In this document: positions 57,975-64,000 of the stretch, piece after piece
Layout of the letters: every line of letters begins with the position of its first letter
Position numbering within the stretch: position 1 is the first letter of the stretch
Origin: an uncultured Gemmatimonadales bacterium
GTDB taxonomy: Bacteria; Gemmatimonadota; Gemmatimonadetes; Gemmatimonadales; GWC2-71-9
Assembly (NCBI GenBank): GCA_963748815.1
Contig: CAVVKJ010000010.1
Span: 288,001-352,000 of the forward strand
DNA: 64,000 nucleotides
Direction of reading: 5' to 3'
Translations under genes and position numbers: made by a program
Notes under the pieces: generated by a model
What the model was told of the DNA's origin: nothing
The model's input: only the letters and a program-made list of their open reading frames with translations
The model's database searches: none

Positions 57975-60350
57975 ATGCTTCGTCGCTGCATCCCCCTGCT
58001 GGTCGTTCTCGTCCTGGCAGCGCACCCGCTGCGCGGCCAGGACATGTCGTCGCCCCCGGTGGACAGCCTGGTGGTCGAGGGCAACGCCCGCATCACCACC
58101 GAACAGATCATCGGGACCTCCGGCCTGGTCCTCCACCAGCCGGTCACCTACCGCGACATCCAGCGCGCCATCAACGGGCTCTACCAGACCGGGCAGTTCG
58201 ACGACGTGCGGGTGGAACAGCGCGAGGCGAACGGCCTGCTGATCCTGGTGATCGTCGTGAAGGAGCGCCCGATCCTCTCGGGCTGGAGCCTGCTCGGCGT
58301 CCGGCAGCTGTCGGAGCAGTCGGTGCGCGACCGGATCACCCTCGTCATCGGTCGCCCGCTCGACCGCAGCGCCGTGGCGCACAGCCGGGCGAGCATCGAT
58401 TCGGCCTACGCCGACCGGGGGTTCTTCCAGGCCCGGACCACCGTCACCGAGTTCGCGCAGCCGGACGGGTCGGTGCAGCTGGTCTTCCAGGTGATCGAGG
58501 GGATGCGGATCACCATCAGCCAGATCCTGGTCGAGGGCAACGAGCGCTTCACCGACAAGGAAGTCGCCAAGCACATGTCGACGAAGCCGGAAGGCTTCCT
58601 CTGGTACAAGAAGGGCAGTTACGACGAGGATCAGGTCGAGTCGGACATCCGGCAGCAGTTGCCGCAGTTTTACGGCTCGAAGGGCATGATCGACTTCCAG
58701 GTGGTCCGCGACACCGTGCTCGCTGACCCGGAGACCGGCAAGGCCGCGCTCTCCCTGACGGTGGAGGAAGGTCGGGTCTATTACGTCGGCACGATGGACC
58801 TGATCGGCAACCGTCGCTATTCCGCGGATGAGATCGGGGCCTTCTACCCCTTCGGCGGCGCCGAGGCCCTGCGGTCCGGGAAGCCGGTCGCGAGCACGCC
58901 GTTCGACCGGTCCGCCTGGGAGGCGGCCACCACGCGGCTCAAGGATCTCTACCTGAACACGGGGTACATCTATTCGCGGGTGACGCCCGAGGAGAGCCGC
59001 CGGATTGCGGAGGACGGCACCCCCACCGTCGACCTGCGGTGGCGGATCGAGGAGGGCGCGCCGGCTACCGTCAACCGGATCATGATCGTCGGCAACGACG
59101 TCACGCACGAGTCGGTTATCCGGGCGGCAATCGTCATCCTGCCCGGCTCGGTGTTCAACCGCGACCTGTTGATTCGCAGCTACCAGAACATCATGAATCT
59201 CGGCTTCTTCCAGCCGCTGCCGCCGCCCGACGTGGCGCCGTCGGAGAACGGCCAGGACGTCGACATCACCTTCACCGTCATCGAGAAGCGCACCGGCAAC
59301 GTCAACTTCGGCGCCTCGCTGGGACAGGGGACGGGGCTGGGCGGCTTCCTCGGCCTCGAGGAACCGAACCTCTTCGGCCTCGGCAAGCGGGGCAAGTTCC
59401 AGTGGCAGTTCGGCAAGAACATCAACGACTTCAACCTGTCGTACACCGACCCCTCGATCCAGGGGTCCCGGGTCTCCGGCACCATCGCGCTCTTCAATTC
59501 GCGCCAGCGCTACATCATCGGCGACCTCGGGCGCCGGCAGCAGGCGGGCGGCTCGCTCCAGGTGGGCTTCCCGGTCTTCGGCTCCCGGTACACGCGCCTC
59601 TTCACCTCGTACAGCCTGATGCAGATCAGCTACATCGGCGGGTCGGTCAGCCTGCGGGAGCGCTACAGCTGCGATCAGTGCGGCAAGTCGACCCTCGGCT
59701 TCAGCCTGGTGCGCGACACCCGCGTCGGGCTGCCCTTCGCCACGGGCGGCACCCGGACGACCACCAACCTCGAGTTCACCGGCGGAATCCTCGGCGGCGA
59801 CGGCGACTTCCAGAAGCTCGAGTACGAGGGCCAGTGGTACGTGCCACTCGGCGGCATGGGCGGGACGCCGCAGCTCGGGACCGGGATCAAGTTCGTGCTC
59901 GGGCTCACGGCCAAGGCGGGGTGGATCTTCGGCGACGCCGGCCCGTTCTTCACGGACCTCTACTCCATGGGCGGCGTCCAGTACGGCATCCCGCTCCGCG
60001 GTTACGAGGAGTTCTCGATCACGCCGGACGGGTACAACCCCTTCTCGAGCTCCAGCCGGGCCAGCCCCAACGCGTTCGGGCAGTCGTATGCCGCCTTTAC
60101 CGCCGAACTCGGGGCGCGGATGAGCCAGTCGCTCTACGTCAACGCCTTCTTCGATGCCGGCAACGTCTACCGGACCCCGTCGCAGTTCGACCCGGCCCGC
60201 CTCTACCGCGGGGTGGGCGTTGGAGTAGCTTTGATCTCACCGCTGGGACCGATCGGCATCGACCTGGCCTACGGGATCGACCGGCTGGACATCCAGGGCC
60301 AACCGGCCCCGGGGTGGAAGTTGCACTTCAAGATCGGCAACATTTTCTGA
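57975..60350 (+). CDS. bamA: outer membrane protein assembly factor BamA
   Basis: Signal peptide, five POTRA-like repeats, NLFGLG, LRGY, SPLGP, terminal Phe. Confidence 0.95.
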   Translation: MLRRCIPLLVVLVLAAHPLRGQDMSSPPVDSLVVEGNARITTEQIIGTSGLVLHQPVTYRDIQRAINGLYQTGQFDDVRVEQREANGLLILVIVVKERPILSGWSLLGVRQLSEQSVRDRITLVIGRPLDRSAVAHSRASIDSAYADRGFFQARTTVTEFAQPDGSVQLVFQVIEGMRITISQILVEGNERFTDKEVAKHMSTKPEGFLWYKKGSYDEDQVESDIRQQLPQFYGSKGMIDFQVVRDTVLADPETGKAALSLTVEEGRVYYVGTMDLIGNRRYSADEIGAFYPFGGAEALRSGKPVASTPFDRSAWEAATTRLKDLYLNTGYIYSRVTPEESRRIAEDGTPTVDLRWRIEEGAPATVNRIMIVGNDVTHESVIRAAIVILPGSVFNRDLLIRSYQNIMNLGFFQPLPPPDVAPSENGQDVDITFTVIEKRTGNVNFGASLGQGTGLGGFLGLEEPNLFGLGKRGKFQWQFGKNINDFNLSYTDPSIQGSRVSGTIALFNSRQRYIIGDLGRRQQAGGSLQVGFPVFGSRYTRLFTSYSLMQISYIGGSVSLRERYSCDQCGKSTLGFSLVRDTRVGLPFATGGTRTTTNLEFTGGILGGDGDFQKLEYEGQWYVPLGGMGGTPQLGTGIKFVLGLTAKAGWIFGDAGPFFTDLYSMGGVQYGIPLRGYEEFSITPDGYNPFSSSSRASPNAFGQSYAAFTAELGARMSQSLYVNAFFDAGNVYRTPSQFDPARLYRGVGVGVALISPLGPIGIDLAYGIDRLDIQGQPAPGWKLHFKIGNIF

Positions 60351-60394
60351 TGGCTGCAGGTTCATATTCACGGACAATCATGCAGGAGTACACG

Positions 60395-60934
60395 ATGGGA
60401 CGTCTTCTCACTACGCTTTCTCTTGCCGGGCTCGTGACCGGCCTGGTGGCGGCGCCGGCGACGGCGCAGCAGACCGCCGGCAAGGTCGCCTTCATCAACT
60501 CCCGGCTCGTGCTGGCTGCCGCCCCCGGATACGCCAAGGCGGAGTCGCTCTATGCCGGTGAAGTGGCCGGCTATCGGATCGAAGTCCAGAAGCTCCAGGC
60601 CAGCCTCGATTCCTCGGTGCAGGCCTTCCAGCAGAGCTCGGTCGTGCTGAGCCCGTCGGCGCGCACCGCCAAGCAGAAGGACCTCGAGGCCCAGCAGCAG
60701 CGGCTGGAGCAGCGGATGCAGGAGCTGCAGGACAAGGCCGTGCAGCGCGAGCGCGACCTGCTCGAGCCGATCCAGCAGCGGGTGACCTCGGTCGTCGAAG
60801 GGGTGCGTGCCGCGGGCGGCTACGCCATGATCTTCGATGTCGGGGTGCAGAACTCCGGGGTCGTCGCGGCCGACCGCTCGCTGGACCTGACCCAAAAGGT
60901 CATCGACCAGCTGAAGGCCGGCGGCGGCAGCTGA
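60395..60934 (+). CDS. skp: Skp/OmpH periplasmic chaperone
   Basis: AGGAG SD, signal peptide, KVAFIN, coiled coil, DLTQKVI. Confidence 0.9.
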   Translation: MGRLLTTLSLAGLVTGLVAAPATAQQTAGKVAFINSRLVLAAAPGYAKAESLYAGEVAGYRIEVQKLQASLDSSVQAFQQSSVVLSPSARTAKQKDLEAQQQRLEQRMQELQDKAVQRERDLLEPIQQRVTSVVEGVRAAGGYAMIFDVGVQNSGVVAADRSLDLTQKVIDQLKAGGGS

Positions 60935-60938
60935 GAAG

Positions 60939-61974
60939 GTGACCATCACCACCCTCACGGCACAGGCGGTCGCTGACCTTGTCGGCGGCCGCCTGCTTGG
61001 CAATGGGGCGCTCCCGCTCTCCGCGATCGGCCCGCTGGACCGGGCCGACGGCCGCACGCTGTCGTTCCTGAGCGGCCCCCGGTACCTGGCGATGTTCCAT
61101 CGCTCGGCGGCCGGCGCGGTGCTGCTGCGCGAGGACGACGCCGACGCACGCCGAGGGTCCCGCCACCCGGATCGTCGTGGAGGATCCGGCGCAGGCGCTG
61201 TTGCGCGTCGTGCCCGCGCTCTTTCCGGAGTCCTCACCGACGTGGGGGGTGGATCCGACGGCCGTCATCGGCCGCGGGGCGCGCTGGGAGGGCGAGGTGT
61301 CCATCGGTCCCCACGCCGTGCTCGGACGGGACGTCCGGCTCGGCTCCCGCTGTCGGATCGGGGCGGGGGTCGTGCTGCACGACGGCGTCGTGGTCGGCGA
61401 TGACTGCGACATCGGGACCAACAGCGTGTGCCACGAAGGCACCCGTCTCGGCCACCGGGTGCGGCTCAAGGCCCTCGCGGTCGTCGGGGGCGACGGGTTC
61501 GGCTTCGCCTCCGGCCCGGAGGGCCATCGCGCCATCCGCCACATCGGCGGCTGCATCCTCGAGGACGATGTGCAGGTCGGCTCGCACTCGGCCATCGATC
61601 GCGGGAGCCTGGACGACACCGTCATCGGGGCCGGCACGAAAATCGACAACCAGGTGCACATTGCGCACAACGTCCGGATGGGCCGCGGCTGCCTGATCAT
61701 GGCCGGGGTCGGTGTCGCCGGAAGCACTCGGCTCGGGGACGGAGTCATCCTGGCCGGCCAGGTCGGGGTGGTCGGGCATGTGACCCTGGGCGACGGGGTG
61801 CGTGTCAGCGCCCAGTCCGGCATCGGGCAGGACGTGCCTGCCAGGACGGACATGGGGGGAAGTCCGGCGCGCCGTCAGCGCGACTATCTCCGTGCCCAGT
61901 CCGCCCTCTACCGGGTGGCCAAGATCATCAGCCAGCTCGAAGAACTTGTCGCGAAGCGAGGTGACCGTGGCTAG
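60939..61974 (+). CDS. lpxD: UDP-3-O-acylglucosamine N-acyltransferase (apparent +1 error near 61149)
   Basis: Hexapeptide repeats, GGDGFGF, IDRG, KIDNQVHIAHN. Confidence 0.94.
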
Positions 61975-63244
61975 ACGTACGATTGCGCGGGAGGCGGTGC
62001 TCAGCGGAGCCGGACTCCATACTGGCGCCCAGGTGACCGCCACCTTCCGCCCGGCCCCCGCGGGGCGGCGGGTGGTCTTCCGCCGCACCGACCTGCCGGG
62101 GACCCCGGAAATTGCGGCGCGTCTCGAGGAGGTTGAAGCTACCGACCGGCGCACCGTCCTTGGCCAGGGCGACCAGGCGATCCACACCGTCGAGCACGTT
62201 CTGGCGGCGGTGGCTGCGCTCGGCCTCGACGACCTCTATATCGACCTCGACGGCCCGGAGCCGCCTGCGCTCGACGGGTCCTTCCAGCCCTGGTTCGAGG
62301 CGCTGCAAGGCGCCGGTGAGCAGATGCAGGACGGCGACCCGGTCACCTACCGGGTCCTCGCCCCGTTTACCGTCACGGAGGGGGGCTCGAGCTACGTCGT
62401 CTCCCCCGCCGGCGTCGGCCGGGTCACCGTCGCCATCGACTTCCCGCATCCGCTGATCGGCTCCCAGGCCGGCAGTTACGAAGTCACTCCGGACGTCTTC
62501 GGGCGGGAGCTGGCCGGCGCCCGGACCTTCGGGTTCGTGCACGAGGTCGAGGGCCTCAAGTCGAAGGGGCTGATCCAGGGGGCGACGACCGCCAACGCGG
62601 TCGTGCTGACCGACACCGGGCTGGTGGAGGGGACGACGCTTCGCTGGCCCGACGAATTCGTCCGCCACAAGGCCGCCGATCTCATCGGCGACCTCGCCCT
62701 GATCGGCGGACGGGTGCAGGCCCACATCGTGGCCACCCGCCCCAGCCACCAGGGGAACATCGCACTCGCCCGTGCCATTGCGCGGACCGGACAGCGGGAG
62801 GGTGGGATCGCGATGGACATCGGTCGCATCCTCGACGTCATTCCGCATCGCTATCCGTTCCTCCTCGTCGATCGCATCATCGAGATCGAGGGGAAGAAGC
62901 GCATCGTCGGCATCAAGAACGTCACCATCAACGAGCCGTTCTTCCAGGGGCATTTCCCTGGGCACCCGATCATGCCCGGCGTGCTCATCATCGAGGCGAT
63001 GGCCCAGGTGGGCGGGATGCTGGTGCTCGGTTCGCTGGTCGAGATGAACGAGGAGAAGGTCATCTACTTCATGTCGCTCGACAAGGTGAAGTTCCGGCGG
63101 CCGGTGCTGCCCGGAGACCAGCTGCGCTTCGAACTCGAGATGGTGCAGTTCCGCGGCAAGACCTGCAAGATGCAGGGCGTGGCCTACGTCGACGGCAAGG
63201 TGGCCGTCGAGGCCGAGATGATGGCGGCCGTGGTGGACCGGTGA
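61967..63244 (+). CDS. lpxC-fabZ: bifunctional LpxC/FabZ
   Basis: [19 protein letters not shown] (LpxC); [29 protein letters not shown] (FabZ). Confidence 0.95.
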   Translation: MARRTIAREAVLSGAGLHTGAQVTATFRPAPAGRRVVFRRTDLPGTPEIAARLEEVEATDRRTVLGQGDQAIHTVEHVLAAVAALGLDDLYIDLDGPEPPALDGSFQPWFEALQGAGEQMQDGDPVTYRVLAPFTVTEGGSSYVVSPAGVGRVTVAIDFPHPLIGSQAGSYEVTPDVFGRELAGARTFGFVHEVEGLKSKGLIQGATTANAVVLTDTGLVEGTTLRWPDEFVRHKAADLIGDLALIGGRVQAHIVATRPSHQGNIALARAIARTGQREGGIAMDIGRILDVIPHRYPFLLVDRIIEIEGKKRIVGIKNVTINEPFFQGHFPGHPIMPGVLIIEAMAQVGGMLVLGSLVEMNEEKVIYFMSLDKVKFRRPVLPGDQLRFELEMVQFRGKTCKMQGVAYVDGKVAVEAEMMAAVVDR

Positions 63245-64000
63245 CTTCCCGCATCCACCCCACGGCTCTGGTGGATGAGGGCGCGCAGCTGGGGCAGGGG
63301 GTCGAGGTGGGGCCGTTCGCGATCATCGGCCCGGATGTCGTGGTCGGGGAGGGATGCCGCATCGGTCCGCACGCCGTCCTGGAGCGCTATGTCCGGCTCG
63401 CGCCGCGTGTCTCGGTGGGCGTGGGGTCGGTGCTCGGCGGCCCCCCGCAGGACTTCAAGTTCAAGGACGAGGAAACCTGGGTGGAGGTGGGGGAGGGGAC
63501 CGTCATCCGCGAGTATGTCACGGTCAACCGGGGCACGGCGGCCACCGGCAAGACGGTCATCGGCGGCAGCTGCTTCCTGATGTCCTACGTGCACGTGGCC
63601 CACGACTGTCGGGTCGGCGACCGGGTCATCATCGCGAACAGCACCCAGATCGCCGGTCACGTCACCATCCACGACTACGCGAACCTGAGCGGTTTGGCCG
63701 CGGTCCACCAGTTCGTGACCATCGGGAGCTACGCCTTCGTCAGCGGGTGCACCCGGGTCAACCAGGACGTCCCGCCATACGTGAAAGCCGCCGGCAATCC
63801 GATGGAGCTCTACGGGCTCAACTCGATCGGCCTGCAGCGCGCCGGCTTTGCCCCGCAGACGATCGCCGGGTTGAAGCGCGCCTACCGGTTGTTCTTCAAC
63901 TCCGACCTCAACCTCGGCCAGGCCATCGAGCGGGCCCGGCTCGACCTTCCGGATCTTCCCGAAATCGACCGCTTCATCGGGTTTGTCGAGTCCTCGGCGC
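63241..64000 (+). CDS. lpxA: UDP-N-acetylglucosamine O-acyltransferase (3' truncated)
   Basis: Read by hand: IHPTA, PQDFKF, IREYVTVNRGT, HVAHDC, AVHQF, QDVPP, GLNSIGL. Confidence 0.95.
   Translation, partial: MTSRIHPTALVDEGAQLGQGVEVGPFAIIGPDVVVGEGCRIGPHAVLERYVRLAPRVSVGVGSVLGGPPQDFKFKDEETWVEVGEGTVIREYVTVNRGTAATGKTVIGGSCFLMSYVHVAHDCRVGDRVIIANSTQIAGHVTIHDYANLSGLAAVHQFVTIGSYAFVSGCTRVNQDVPPYVKAAGNPMELYGLNSIGLQRAGFAPQTIAGLKRAYRLFFNSDLNLGQAIERARLDLPDLPEIDRFIGFVESSA

Noticed and set aside
61967..63244. LpxC-FabZ fusion as a novelty
   Set aside because: Well-known bifunctional enzyme, for example in Bacteroidota.

Overview
High-GC (~70%) core-chromosome segment of a diderm bacterium. The 16S sequence and gene order point to Gemmatimonadota (inference; no search run). 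Contents in order: 5' end of a secreted peptidase-like gene, M28 peptidase, dcd, a complete nuoA-N operon, PMM/PGM, a UPF0182-like membrane protein, sucCD-ndk, yceD-rpmF-plsX-fabHDG-acpP-fabF, futalosine genes mqnE-mqnA-mqnC, ispF, a DedA-TerB fusion, xerD, a ThrE exporter, an Ig/LVIVD protein, a tRNA-less 16S-23S-5S operon, era, Trm112, a Clp-N-domain/Ca2+:H+ antiporter fusion, REC-GGDEF, a zinc-ribbon protein, prfB (programmed +1 frameshift), lysS, lolC/E-lolD, mcsA-mcsB-clpC, and bamA-skp-lpxD-lpxC/fabZ-lpxA. I found no mobile element or CRISPR array. About 20 single-base frameshifts in essential genes look like assembly artefacts. The best novelty candidate is the CAX antiporter carrying a ClpC-type N-terminal domain with one apparently intact phosphoarginine pocket plus an Arg-rich linker, about 7 kb from the McsB arginine kinase. 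This suggests ion transport controlled by arginine phosphorylation, which is a hypothesis only.
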